NCBI GenBank assembly: GCA_044350045.1
Contig: JBILIJ010000002.1
Coordinates: 49,554-113,553 of the forward strand
From: Candidatus Planktophila sp.
GTDB lineage: Bacteria > Actinomycetota > Actinomycetes > Nanopelagicales > Nanopelagicaceae
DNA length: 64,000 nt
Reading direction: 5' to 3'
Program-made: the position numbers and the translations under genes
Shown: positions 9,069 through 18,903 of the stretch, one piece after another
Numbering within the stretch: the first letter of the stretch is position 1
Layout of the letters: every line of letters starts with the position of its first letter
Notes under the pieces: model-generated
The model's input: only the letters and a program-made list of their open reading frames with translations
Database searches by the model: none
What the model was told of the DNA's origin: nothing

Positions 9069-10208
9069 ATGAGTCAGCCAACGCAGCAGCAACCTATGGG
9101 GACGGGTCCTTGGTGGGTTCCATCATCTGCTCACGGTAAGGCTAAATTCGTTACGCGTTCAAATGCGCTCTTAATGGCCGGCATTGCAGGGCTAGTCGGT
9201 GCACTCTTCGGCGCTAGCTCATCAGGCTCTCTCTTTGGTCATGAAATTAAATTAACGTCAGTATCAACGTCAATTGAACGACCACCCGGATCAGTTGCAG
9301 ATATCGCCCAACGAGTTCTGCCATCTGTAGTTTCAATTTCAGCGCGCGGTGCACGTGGCGGTGGAACCGGAACAGGTTTTGTTATCGATAGCACTGGATT
9401 TATATTGACTAATAATCACGTGATAGCTGATGCGGCAGTCGATGGCGGAAGTATTGAAGTTCAGCTCAACGACGGAACAACGCTAGATGCCACAATAATC
9501 GGTCGTGACTCGGCTTATGATTTAGCTGTACTTAAAGTAGATCGGACCGGGCTAACAGCACTTACCTTTGGAGATAGCGATCAAGTTGCTGTGGGCGATG
9601 CGGTAATCGCTATTGGCTCTCCACTAGGTCTGAGTGGAACCGTAACACTGGGAATTGTGAGCGCGAAAGATCGGGCAGTTACTGCAGGTGAAGATGCAGG
9701 TGATAATTCATATATCAATGCAATTCAAACGGATGCGGCTATTAACCCTGGAAACTCAGGCGGACCACTAGTGAATTCAGCCGGTGCGGTAATCGGTGTT
9801 AACTCAGCGATCGCAACTTTAGGTACATCTTTTCTCTCCTCGCAGTCGGGATCGATTGGACTTGGATTCGCGATTCCAATTAATCAAGCACGAAAGACTG
9901 CTGAGCAGTTAATCAAAACCGGGAAAGCAACATATCCCGTCGTCGGAATTTCTGTTGATATGCAGTACGCAGGAGATGGCGCAAAAATTGCTGATACTAG
10001 AAATGCAATTGTCCCAGGTGGCCCAGCTGCGCGAGCAGGTCTGCGTCCGGGAGACTTGATTACAAAATTTGAAGGCCGCACAATTACAACGCCTGAGGAA
10101 CTCATCGTCGCAATTCGCTCCAAGAGCGTCGGCGATAAAGTCGAGATTGAATACATCCGAGCAGAAAAAACCCTCAAGGCAACTCTTACGTTGACAGCAG
10201 GTGAGTGA
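9069..10208 (+). CDS. htrA: HtrA/DegP-type S1C serine protease with PDZ domain
   Basis: TM anchor, LTNNHV, DLAV, QTDAAINPGNSGGPL, C-terminal PDZ. Confidence 0.93.
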   Translation: MSQPTQQQPMGTGPWWVPSSAHGKAKFVTRSNALLMAGIAGLVGALFGASSSGSLFGHEIKLTSVSTSIERPPGSVADIAQRVLPSVVSISARGARGGGTGTGFVIDSTGFILTNNHVIADAAVDGGSIEVQLNDGTTLDATIIGRDSAYDLAVLKVDRTGLTALTFGDSDQVAVGDAVIAIGSPLGLSGTVTLGIVSAKDRAVTAGEDAGDNSYINAIQTDAAINPGNSGGPLVNSAGAVIGVNSAIATLGTSFLSSQSGSIGLGFAIPINQARKTAEQLIKTGKATYPVVGISVDMQYAGDGAKIADTRNAIVPGGPAARAGLRPGDLITKFEGRTITTPEELIVAIRSKSVGDKVEIEYIRAEKTLKATLTLTAGE

Positions 10209-10525
10209 TGTTTGATTTTGGCGTTGGCGAAGTCGCAGGACTTGTCGTTCTTGCACTCATTCTCGTTGGACCAGAGCGCATGCCTCGCGTTGCTGGTGAT
10301 TTAGCGAAGATGATACGAAAAGTTCGCGCCCTTACAAATACGGCTACCGCTGAGATTCGAGAAAACCTTGGGCCTGGATTTGAAGATCTCACTCCTTCAG
10401 ATTTGAACCCAAAAACATTTATCAAGCGACATGTGGCATCTGTAATTGAAGAAGATGTGAAAAAAGAGAAGATGAATTCCAAAGAGAGTGCCATCAAACC
10501 TCAGATTGATCCTGATCTTCTATGA
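10208..10525 (+). CDS. tatB: Sec-independent translocase subunit TatB
   Basis: MFDFG..E...LVVLALILVGPERMP, amphipathic helix, DLNPKTFI; syntenic with htrA and mrp. Confidence 0.9.
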   Translation: MFDFGVGEVAGLVVLALILVGPERMPRVAGDLAKMIRKVRALTNTATAEIRENLGPGFEDLTPSDLNPKTFIKRHVASVIEEDVKKEKMNSKESAIKPQIDPDLL

Positions 10526-11643
10526 ACGTCATTGAGGCCATCAACGCCGCTTTAGCAACTGTGCAGGATCCAGAACTCCATCGTGCACTTCCAGAGCTTG
10601 GTATGGTCGAACACGTAGCGCACTCTAATGGAGTTGCAGATCTGACAATTTTGTTAACCATCTCAGGTTGTCCCATGAAGGATCGCCTGACAACAGATAT
10701 CACCGCAGCTGTTAGTGCGGTGGAGGGCGTCGATGAAGTACGAATCTCATTTGGAGTGATGAGCGATGAAGGCCGCGCTGCAGTGAGAAAATTAGTTCGA
10801 GGTGGACGGGAAAAATTTATTCCATTTGCTCAGCCTGAATCCCTTACTCGTGTGATTGGTATCGCATCAGGCAAAGGTGGCGTTGGAAAATCTTCACTCA
10901 CTGCAAACCTTGCAGTTTCGGCTGCTAAGAAAGGCTTGCGAGTCGGAATACTTGATGCAGATGTGTATGGACATTCGATTCCTCGACTAATGGGACTACT
11001 TGGTGTGCGTCCAACTGCAATTGATCAGATGTTCATTCCTCCAGAAAGCTACGGAGTCAAGACAGTATCAATGGAGATGTTTAAACCAGAGCGTGCAGAT
11101 GCAGTTGCCTACCGTGGCCCATTGCTACACCGAGTGCTCGAACAACTTCTCTCTGATGCTTATTGGGGAGATCTTGATCTTTTGCTTCTTGATTTGCCAC
11201 CCGGAACCGGAGATCTAGCAATCTCTTTAGGGCAGCTGATTCCTACATCAGAAATTCTCGTTGTAACAACGCCACAAGTAGCTGCAGCAGAAGTTGCAGA
11301 ACGTGCCGGAAGAATTGCTCATCAGATGCACCAACGCGTGATTGGCGTCATCGAGAACATGTCAGCATTTATCTGCCCAGCGTGTAATGAATCGACAGAA
11401 TTATTTGGATCAGGCGGGGGAGAAGAAACTGCAGCACGTCTGTCAACGCTAGTCGGAGCAGATGTCCCTCTACTTGGAAAAGTTCCATTTGCACCAGAGC
11501 TTCGTACAGGTGGAGATTCAGGTGCTCCGATTGTTCACGCGCAACCAGATAGCCCTGCAGCACAAGCAATTTCTAATATTGTGGAGAAGTTAATTATCCG
11601 AGAAAAGTCTTTACTTGGAGTCAGGCTCGGAGTTACTACGTAG
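10522..11643 (+). CDS. mrp: Mrp/ApbC/NBP35 Fe-S cluster carrier ATPase
   Basis: N-terminal DUF59 (V.DPEL, GCPM), SGKGGVGKS, LDADVYG, DLPPGTGD, ENMS..CP.C. Confidence 0.94.
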   Translation: MNVIEAINAALATVQDPELHRALPELGMVEHVAHSNGVADLTILLTISGCPMKDRLTTDITAAVSAVEGVDEVRISFGVMSDEGRAAVRKLVRGGREKFIPFAQPESLTRVIGIASGKGGVGKSSLTANLAVSAAKKGLRVGILDADVYGHSIPRLMGLLGVRPTAIDQMFIPPESYGVKTVSMEMFKPERADAVAYRGPLLHRVLEQLLSDAYWGDLDLLLLDLPPGTGDLAISLGQLIPTSEILVVTTPQVAAAEVAERAGRIAHQMHQRVIGVIENMSAFICPACNESTELFGSGGGEETAARLSTLVGADVPLLGKVPFAPELRTGGDSGAPIVHAQPDSPAAQAISNIVEKLIIREKSLLGVRLGVTT

Positions 11644-12108
11644 CTCTCGTGCAATACCTTTTGAAAGATTACCTAATTCGTCTTTGAGGTTTTCCCGCGT
11701 TACTACATCACTCAAGGCAATACGAAGGCTTGCAAGTTCACGAGTGAGATATTCAGTATCTGCAATGCTGCGATCATTACGCGCACGATCTTCAGCTAAT
11801 GTGATGCGATCTCGATCTGCTTGGCGATTTTGAGCAAGCAAAATTAGCGGTGCAGCATACGATGCTTGCAGCGAAAGTATGAGAGTGAGAAAAATAAAAG
11901 GAAACTCATCGAAACGTAGATCGTGCGGGGCTAAGGCATTCCAGAGCACCCAAGAGAGAACAAAGACGCTCATATAGACCAAGAAACGTGCAGTTCCCAA
12001 AAAGCGCGCAAATCTTTCGGAGAGTTTACCGAATGCTTCTGCATCAATATGTGGTCGCATACTTCTACGAGTTTCGCGAGGTGTATCTAATCCGTTTTTA
12101 CGAGTCAT
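11611..12108 (-). CDS. DUF1003 membrane protein
   Basis: FD.FPFIFLTLILSLQASYAAPLILLAQNRQ..RDR motif. Confidence 0.92.
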   Translation of the reverse strand: MTRKNGLDTPRETRRSMRPHIDAEAFGKLSERFARFLGTARFLVYMSVFVLSWVLWNALAPHDLRFDEFPFIFLTLILSLQASYAAPLILLAQNRQADRDRITLAEDRARNDRSIADTEYLTRELASLRIALSDVVTRENLKDELGNLSKGIARELRSNSEPDSK

Positions 12109-12110
12109 CT

Positions 12111-13406
12111 TTACGCCCTGCCTTTATCGTCGATACTAATATTTTTTAAATCTGGGCGCGTGTTATCTCTATGATCAACACGCCAATTATCTGGGAGCAA
12201 GTGATCGAGAACGTCATCGACGGTTATAGCGCCAAGTAAACGCTCATTTGCATCGACTACAGGAACGCTCAATAAGTTATAACTTGCAAGGTAGGAAGAG
12301 ACTTCATTTAACGTTGCCTCTGGACTTAGTCCTTGCGTATCTGTATCCACGAGTGAGCCCAGAAGAGTTGCTGGTGGCTCTCGAAGCAAGCGCTGATAAT
12401 GGGCCGTTCCAATAAATCTACCTGTAGGAGTTTCAAGTGGTTGGCGAGTGACAAAAACTTGTGAAGCAAGTGCGGGGGACATTTCACTTTGTCGCACCAG
12501 CGCTAAGGCATCGGCCACTGTGTCATCGGCGCTCATAATTATTGGCTCTGTAGTCATCATTCCACCCGCAGAGTAATCTTCATACGTCATGAGTCGAAGA
12601 ACATCTTCAGCATCTTCAGGTTCCATGAGATCAATTAACTCTTGAGCGCGCTCAGCACCGACTTCGCGTAGAAGATCGGCTGCATCATCTGGATCCATCT
12701 CACCCAGGACATCGGCGGCACGTTCACCTTCTAATTCGATAAGAAGAGCCACTCGTTCGCTCTCGTCCATCTCCTCGAGAACATCGGCAAGTCTTTCATC
12801 ATCAAGTGCTCGTGCGACTTCAACCCGGCGCTTAGGGGCCAGATCTTGGATGACGGCGGCTAAGTCAGCTGCACGTAGGTTGCTTATTGTTGAAAGAAGT
12901 CGCGAAGTTCCCTGTTCGTTTTCCGCTGATTCAAATCCTAGAACTTCTTCCCAATTAAGAGTAGAAGATGCTCCTTTTCGACGAATACCTTTTCCGCGCT
13001 TCATGACATGCACGCGAGTAATAAACCAGTCACCTGTTCGACTGGATTCCATACCTAGATCTTCAACAATGACGTCTTCATTGCTTTCTAGAATCACGAT
13101 CGACTTATCGAGTAGATCTCCCAGGACCAAATGCTCTCCGATACGGGATTCAAATCTGCGCATGTTTACAAGGCCGGTGATAACAACTGCCCCAGATTCA
13201 ATCGAGGTGACTCTGGTAATCGGAACAAAGACTCGTCGTCGCAGAGGTACTTCGACCACCAAACCTAAAATGCGTGGCGGTTGGTTGTTTGCGCGCAGGG
13301 TCGCAACAGCATCTCTGACCTTGCCAACTGGATCACCGTTTGGATCAAAAACGGCCGTTCCAGCTAACCTGGCGAGAAATACTCGACTAGTTGACTGCGT
13401 ACTCAT
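12111..13406 (-). CDS. MgtE intracellular-domain protein (PRC barrels + MgtE_N + CBS pair; no TM pore)
   Basis: PRC-like VFDP.GD.VGKVRD, acidic ADVLEEM..D.AADLL repeats, AGGMMTTEP, VPVVD..LLGAITVDD; no hydrophobic C-terminus. Confidence 0.9.
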   Translation of the reverse strand: MSTQSTSRVFLARLAGTAVFDPNGDPVGKVRDAVATLRANNQPPRILGLVVEVPLRRRVFVPITRVTSIESGAVVITGLVNMRRFESRIGEHLVLGDLLDKSIVILESNEDVIVEDLGMESSRTGDWFITRVHVMKRGKGIRRKGASSTLNWEEVLGFESAENEQGTSRLLSTISNLRAADLAAVIQDLAPKRRVEVARALDDERLADVLEEMDESERVALLIELEGERAADVLGEMDPDDAADLLREVGAERAQELIDLMEPEDAEDVLRLMTYEDYSAGGMMTTEPIIMSADDTVADALALVRQSEMSPALASQVFVTRQPLETPTGRFIGTAHYQRLLREPPATLLGSLVDTDTQGLSPEATLNEVSSYLASYNLLSVPVVDANERLLGAITVDDVLDHLLPDNWRVDHRDNTRPDLKNISIDDKGRA

Positions 13407-13450
13407 GGGACAAGGATAACCCTCTTCCACACTTCAGATACCTTTGCTTA

Positions 13451-14353
13451 GTGTCCTCCATCGAAAACCATACGCAGATTCCAGAGCGCCCTGATCTCTT
13501 CCGCTTAAGCCTTGGAACTATCGGTATCGGTACATCAGGGCCTTTGATTGCAATGAGCACCATGCCAGTCGTTGTCTTGATTTTTTGGCGAAATCTCGGA
13601 GGAGCACTCATCACTCTGCCATTTGCGGCAAAGGCTCTCTTCACTCATGATTATAAATATCGCCGGGCAATCGCACTGTCTGCGCTATCTGGGGTAATCC
13701 TTGCCTTCCACTTCATCGGATTCTTTCTTGCGATGCGTTGGACAACTGTTGCAGCTGGTACCGCTCTTGTTGCCCTGCAGCCAATATTTGCCGCACTCTT
13801 TGTGAAGTTGCTAGGTGGCCATATTCCATCCCGCGCATGGCTTGGAATGGGAATTGCATTCATTGGTGTCATCATGATTTCTGGCGTGGACCTGTCTATT
13901 TCATGGCTCGCCTTTCAGGGTGATATTGCCGCAGTCATTGCAGCTGCTCTCGCTGCAATCTATATACTCCTTGGATCACGAGTACAAAGAGATATTGGCA
14001 CGCACACCTACACCTCAATCTGCTATTTCTTCTGCGCCATCACAGCACTCCCGATAGCGTTGCTTCTAGATTTTGAAATCTTTCACTTTGAGATGAGAGA
14101 GTGGCTCATACTTCTTGCACTCATCGCTGGCGCTCAAATCTTGGGTCACTCCATGTTTAACGCAGCGCTCAAGAGGGTTTCACCTGCAATTGTTTCTCTC
14201 ATTGTATTTTTAGAAGTCCCAGTAAGTACACTTTTAGCTATATGGTGGATAGGTCAAACTCCATCAATTGCACTCATCCCAGGCATTATTGTGATTTTAT
14301 CGGGATGTGTGTTGGTAGTGTTACGAACGCGTTCGACGGAAGCGGTGGTTTAA
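13451..14353 (+). CDS. DMT/EamA family transporter
   Basis: About 10 TM helices, TTVAAGTALVALQPIF, GD..A motif, LEVPV; start moved to GTG 13451. Confidence 0.9.
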   Translation: MSSIENHTQIPERPDLFRLSLGTIGIGTSGPLIAMSTMPVVVLIFWRNLGGALITLPFAAKALFTHDYKYRRAIALSALSGVILAFHFIGFFLAMRWTTVAAGTALVALQPIFAALFVKLLGGHIPSRAWLGMGIAFIGVIMISGVDLSISWLAFQGDIAAVIAAALAAIYILLGSRVQRDIGTHTYTSICYFFCAITALPIALLLDFEIFHFEMREWLILLALIAGAQILGHSMFNAALKRVSPAIVSLIVFLEVPVSTLLAIWWIGQTPSIALIPGIIVILSGCVLVVLRTRSTEAVV

Positions 14354-14355
14354 TT

Positions 14356-15201
14356 GTGATCGATTTACATACACATACAACTAGCAGCGATGGAACAGAT
14401 TCTCCTCACGCACTCGTCAACAAGGCGCTCTCATCTGGAATTACAGTATTAGGTCTAACCGATCACGACACAACATCAGGATGGGCAGAGGCTGTTCGCG
14501 CCCTTAGACCAGGACTCACACTCGCACTCGGCGCGGAAGTTTCATGTCTTACAGAGGATTTAGTTGCTGTCCATATGTTGGGGCTTTTATTTGCTGGCGA
14601 TGATGCGAATATGCAAGTGATGCTGGAAGAGTCACGAGATTCACGATTACCTCGTATGCGCAAAATGACTGAGTTGTTGAGTGCCGACGGAATAGATATT
14701 TCACTCGATGAAGTCTTTGCGGCAATGCCTGAAGGTGCAACGCTGGGCCGGCCACATCTTGCCGATGCTCTTGTCGCTAAAGGCCACGTAAAAAGCCGCG
14801 ATGAAGCCTTCGCAGACCTCCTAAATAATTCTTCAAAATATTATGTGACACATGTTGCCCCGAGTCCCGAAGATGCCATACGAGTAATCAAGCAAGCCGG
14901 GGGAGTTGCTGTCATTGCTCACCCATTTGCAACTCGGCGCGGTCAAACACTTTCGGCCATGAGCTTTCCTTCCTTGATAGCTGCTGGACTCAATGGGATT
15001 GAGGTAGATCATCGTGATCATTCTCAGGCAGAGCGCGAACAATTACGATCTATTGCTGGTGAATTAGGGCTGGTGATTACTGGTGCGAGTGATTATCACG
15101 GAACAGGTAAACTCAATCTCATGGGAGAAAACCTCACGGATCCACATCAATGGGAGATGTTAGAGTCGATGGCAGATTCTCGAAGGACGGTCACCTCATG
15201 A
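14356..15201 (+). CDS. PHP domain phosphoesterase (TrpH/YciV-like)
   Basis: DLHTHTTSSDG, LTDHDT, GRPHLA, AHP, GASDYHG. Confidence 0.93.
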   Translation: MIDLHTHTTSSDGTDSPHALVNKALSSGITVLGLTDHDTTSGWAEAVRALRPGLTLALGAEVSCLTEDLVAVHMLGLLFAGDDANMQVMLEESRDSRLPRMRKMTELLSADGIDISLDEVFAAMPEGATLGRPHLADALVAKGHVKSRDEAFADLLNNSSKYYVTHVAPSPEDAIRVIKQAGGVAVIAHPFATRRGQTLSAMSFPSLIAAGLNGIEVDHRDHSQAEREQLRSIAGELGLVITGASDYHGTGKLNLMGENLTDPHQWEMLESMADSRRTVTS

Positions 15202-15812
15202 ACATTGTTGAGGTAAGTGCACTTACATTTGCTATTCAATGTTTTGTGACTCTATTTGTCATCATGGATCCACCGGGTGCAACCCCAGTATTCCTTGCAC
15301 TGGTTTCAGATAAGTCTCCTAAAGAGCGCATTCGTCTTGCCTGGCAGGCTGCGGCAATTTCACTTGTCGTGATTGCATCCTTTGCCCTCTTTGGACAATT
15401 TGTACTTGAGTATATGAAAGTGTCAATGGAGGCACTTCAAGCTGCAGGTGGATTACTTCTACTCTATGTGTCGCTGCAGCTATTGACTGGACGTATTGAA
15501 GAGATTGACGCATCTACCAATAAAAATGTGGCGCTAGTTCCACTTGGCACTCCACTTCTGGCAGGTCCTGGAGCGATCGTTGCAACGATGATCTTTGTTA
15601 AACAAGTTGATTCGCCGGCCTATGCCATCGGTCTCATTGCGGCTGTAGTTGCAGTCCATATCACTATCGCAATAGCTCTCATGGCTTCAACCAAAATTCT
15701 TGCCATTATTAAAGATAGCGGAGTAACTCTTGTTGCTCGCATTGCAGGACTCCTGCTTGCTGCAATTGCGGTGCAAATGCTCGCTGATGCCATCAAAATT
15801 CTTGCCGGATAA
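15198..15812 (+). CDS. MarC family integral membrane protein
   Basis: TLFVIMDPPG..PVF, AGGLLL, VPLGTPLLAGPGAI, RIAGLLLAAIAVQM. Confidence 0.93.
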   Translation: MNIVEVSALTFAIQCFVTLFVIMDPPGATPVFLALVSDKSPKERIRLAWQAAAISLVVIASFALFGQFVLEYMKVSMEALQAAGGLLLLYVSLQLLTGRIEEIDASTNKNVALVPLGTPLLAGPGAIVATMIFVKQVDSPAYAIGLIAAVVAVHITIAIALMASTKILAIIKDSGVTLVARIAGLLLAAIAVQMLADAIKILAG

Positions 15813-15816
15813 CTTT

Positions 15817-16617
15817 ATGAACTACGATCCCCGCGGTATTTATTCTCCTGAAAACATAGTCTGGAAAATTCATAGTGATCCATGCATGCTCATCGGTGGA
15901 CTGCGCGCGCTCTTTGAACAAGCACTTCATCCAGTAGCAATGGCTGGGGTTGCAACACACTCAAACTTTCGTGAAGATGCGTGGGGTCGACTCGAGCGCA
16001 CCGGAGACTATGTAACGACATTGACTTTTGGGTCAACGGAAGAAGCAACCCAACTTGCAGCGCGAGTGCGACGAGTGCACACCAAGCTAGGACTAGATAA
16101 TCCCCATGAACTGCTCTGGGTGCATATGGCGATGGTCGATTCATTTTTAGATACTGCAGTTCGCTCAGGGGTCGCACTCGATGAGCGAGAGCAGGATGAC
16201 TATGTATTACAGATGGTCGAATTCGCAGACCTTGTCGGTGTTCCACGCAGTGATGTTCCATCCTCACGCGCAGAGCTCGTCCAATATTTCAACCAGATTA
16301 GCCCAGAACTTGAAGCGAGTGAGGATGCTAAACGCGCTGCAATCTTCTTAGCGCTGCCACCGCTTCCGACAATTGTGAGGTTTGCTACTCCAGCAGCGCC
16401 GGCTTGGGCTGGAATAAGTGCGGTTGCGGCGGCAAGTCTTCCTCGTTGGGCACGTGATTTATACGGATGGCCAACACTTCCCGGACAATTGAGCGCAACC
16501 GATTTCTCTCTGCAGGCAGTTCGAAAAACACTCTCGCTTATCCCTGAGACTTTTATTGCTCCACCGATTTTTCATGAGGGCAAGAAGCGTTGGCAGAATC
16601 AGTCGGTGAATGTATGA
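15817..16617 (+). CDS. Oxygenase MpaB/DUF2236 family protein
   Basis: GGLRAL..QALHP..MAGV..HSNFREDAWGRL.RT, VRRVH, LLWVH. Confidence 0.87.
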   Translation: MNYDPRGIYSPENIVWKIHSDPCMLIGGLRALFEQALHPVAMAGVATHSNFREDAWGRLERTGDYVTTLTFGSTEEATQLAARVRRVHTKLGLDNPHELLWVHMAMVDSFLDTAVRSGVALDEREQDDYVLQMVEFADLVGVPRSDVPSSRAELVQYFNQISPELEASEDAKRAAIFLALPPLPTIVRFATPAAPAWAGISAVAAASLPRWARDLYGWPTLPGQLSATDFSLQAVRKTLSLIPETFIAPPIFHEGKKRWQNQSVNV

Positions 16618-17297
16618 GTAGATCTATTGTCTGCCTAGCAAATACAGCAGGCGGTTCAGGCAAATCGACCTTAGCGCACGCACTCTCGGTTGCATTTACC
16701 GAATATGGAAAGAAAACGCTACTCATTGACCTAGATCCCCGCGCCAGTCTTACCTTCCGCGTCGGATACGAGAACGCAAGAATGAGCATCTCTGACTTTC
16801 TGCAGAGCTCGGTTACGCTAGAAAATTTGGATATGCACACAGAGCGCTTTGACTTTATCGCTAGCGACTCTCGCAGTGGATTTGGTTTTTCAGATACTGA
16901 CCTACAAAACCTTATTGATTGCCTTCCAAAAGAGTTTGATGTGATCGTTCTGGATACACCAAGTGATGTAAATCCTGGATTATTGGCCGCTCTTAAGGTT
17001 TCAGACTTGGTACTCATTCCATATTCACAGACTGTTCACCATTATCGTGGAATTGATCAGGTATCTAAGCTGGCACCCGCCGCCAAAAAACTTCTTCTGC
17101 AGATTGGCAAGGACAGTAAAATTGCCGATCAATTCAGCCAATGGAAGCACCTCGATGGACGTTGCAGCAGTGCGCGAGAAGTGAGCGAGGCAGAATTAAC
17201 TGTAACGAGCGTGCTCACAACGGCGAAAAATTCAGTAATTGCAGGCGAGATTCGAGAATCTGCCTATAGTGCTTTGGAAGAACTAGGAATTGCTTAA
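16614..17297 (+). CDS. ParA/Soj family ATPase (degenerate)
   Basis: ANTAGGSGKST deviant Walker A, LLIDLDP, DVIVLDTP. Confidence 0.8.
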   Translation: MSRSIVCLANTAGGSGKSTLAHALSVAFTEYGKKTLLIDLDPRASLTFRVGYENARMSISDFLQSSVTLENLDMHTERFDFIASDSRSGFGFSDTDLQNLIDCLPKEFDVIVLDTPSDVNPGLLAALKVSDLVLIPYSQTVHHYRGIDQVSKLAPAAKKLLLQIGKDSKIADQFSQWKHLDGRCSSAREVSEAELTVTSVLTTAKNSVIAGEIRESAYSALEELGIA

Positions 17298-18613
17298 GAG
17301 GTAAATTTCTTTGTGCGCACTCTTTCGCGCTTTTCACGTGGCGCAGCAGGTTGACGTTCAGATTTCTTCTCTGCAGCAGGTGCGGTTTTACGAGGCTTAT
17401 CCATTCGCCCAGTAGATCCTGCAGGAATTTTCATCATGGCGTAGAGATGTTCAGAGGATGAATAAGTTTCAAGTGGCTCTGCCAAACCTAACTTAAGAGT
17501 CATATCAATCATCTTCCAGCGCGCAAGCTCATCCCAATCAACGAAGGTGAGAGCGATTCCGTATGCACCGGCACGAGCTGTTCGCCCAATACGGTGGACA
17601 TAGGTCTTTTCATCTTCAGGGCACTGATAATTAATCACGTGGGTAATTCCATCAATATCAATTCCACGTGCTGCAACATCTGTTGCGATGAGAACATCAG
17701 ACTTTCCGCCTTTAAAATCATTCAGAGCTTTCTCTCGGGCAGCTTGTCCCATATCGCCGTGAAGAGTCGCCGCTCTAAATCCTCGCTCAATTAAATCATC
17801 AGAAGTCTTTTGACATGCCCGCTTGGTTCGGCAGAAGACAATTGTCGGACCGCGCCCATCTGCCTGCAATATACGCGCCAACATTTCGATCTTATCCATC
17901 GCATGTGCACGAACTACGTGTTGTTCGATGCGTGAGACAACATTGCCTTCATCTTGTGAATCTTGGGTGCGGATATGAACTGGTTGATTCATAAATTTTC
18001 TGGCTAAGGCAATAATGTCACCAGGCATTGTTGCTGAGAAGAGCATGGTTTGAGAGCGATTTGGTGTTGCAGTAAAAATCTTCTCGACATCTGGAAGAAA
18101 GCCAAGATCGAGCATCTCATCTGCTTCATCAAGGACTACGCGCGTAACGCTGGCAAGTTTTATCTGACCCTGTCGATAGAGATCTAAGAGTCGACCAGGG
18201 GTACCAACAATAATCTCGACCCCTGCCTGCAAGGCTTCAATTTGTGGCTCAAAGGCGCGACCACCATAGACAGCGAGAACTCGAATCTTGCGACTCTGAG
18301 TGATCTCTTCCAAATCTTTTGTCACCTGCACGCAGAGTTCGCGCGTGGGAACAACTACGAGTACTTGTGGAGAGTCCTGATATTCAAATGTTTTCCACTC
18401 TTCATCTTCAGGTGCAATTACTCGATCAACAAGGGGAATACCAAATGCAAGAGTTTTTCCCGTACCAGTCTTTGCTTGCCCAATCACATCTCCATCAGCA
18501 AGTGCGATAGAAAGCACCTGCTCTTGGATTGGAAATGGAGCTGTGTATCCGTGCTCATTAAGAGCTGCAATCGTCTCCTTGCGAAGTGGTAAATCTGCAA
18601 AAGTCAGTGACAC
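17294..18613 (-). CDS. DEAD-box RNA helicase
   Basis: Q motif, AKTGTGKT, PTREL, TPGR, DEAD, SAT, HRIGRTARAG. Confidence 0.97.
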   Translation of the reverse strand: MSLTFADLPLRKETIAALNEHGYTAPFPIQEQVLSIALADGDVIGQAKTGTGKTLAFGIPLVDRVIAPEDEEWKTFEYQDSPQVLVVVPTRELCVQVTKDLEEITQSRKIRVLAVYGGRAFEPQIEALQAGVEIIVGTPGRLLDLYRQGQIKLASVTRVVLDEADEMLDLGFLPDVEKIFTATPNRSQTMLFSATMPGDIIALARKFMNQPVHIRTQDSQDEGNVVSRIEQHVVRAHAMDKIEMLARILQADGRGPTIVFCRTKRACQKTSDDLIERGFRAATLHGDMGQAAREKALNDFKGGKSDVLIATDVAARGIDIDGITHVINYQCPEDEKTYVHRIGRTARAGAYGIALTFVDWDELARWKMIDMTLKLGLAEPLETYSSSEHLYAMMKIPAGSTGRMDKPRKTAPAAEKKSERQPAAPREKRERVRTKKFTS

Positions 18614-18871
18614 TTATACTGCGCCAAATCCGACGCGTCGCTCAGTGGGTTGACCAATTTCGACATAGCCAATCCGAGCCGCTGGAACGATTACTTCGTG
18701 GCCACGGATATCCGTCAGGGTTAATAACGAGTTATCGGCTAGCGCCTTAGCTACCGCTGACTTAATTTCAGCAGGGCTTAATTCGCACTCAAAGGAGAGT
18801 TCACTGGTGATATCTGCAATAGCAATTCGCACGAGAGCTGCTTTTGCGCCCTCTGATTTCTTTGTACTCAT
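18614..18871 (-). CDS. DUF3107 domain protein
   Basis: VRIAI....EL, LLTLTD.RG...IVP...IGYVEIG....RRVGF. Confidence 0.88.
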   Translation of the reverse strand: MSTKKSEGAKAALVRIAIADITSELSFECELSPAEIKSAVAKALADNSLLTLTDIRGHEVIVPAARIGYVEIGQPTERRVGFGAV

Positions 18872-18903
18872 GTGCTCATCCTAGGCGTAAGACGTGCGAA
18901 CTG

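Noticed and set aside
12850-13419. Long antisense ORFs (e.g. 12850..13419, 16553..17017, 28810..29307, 62771..63184)
   Set aside because: They lie opposite well-conserved genes, show no recognisable motifs, and are expected from codon bias.
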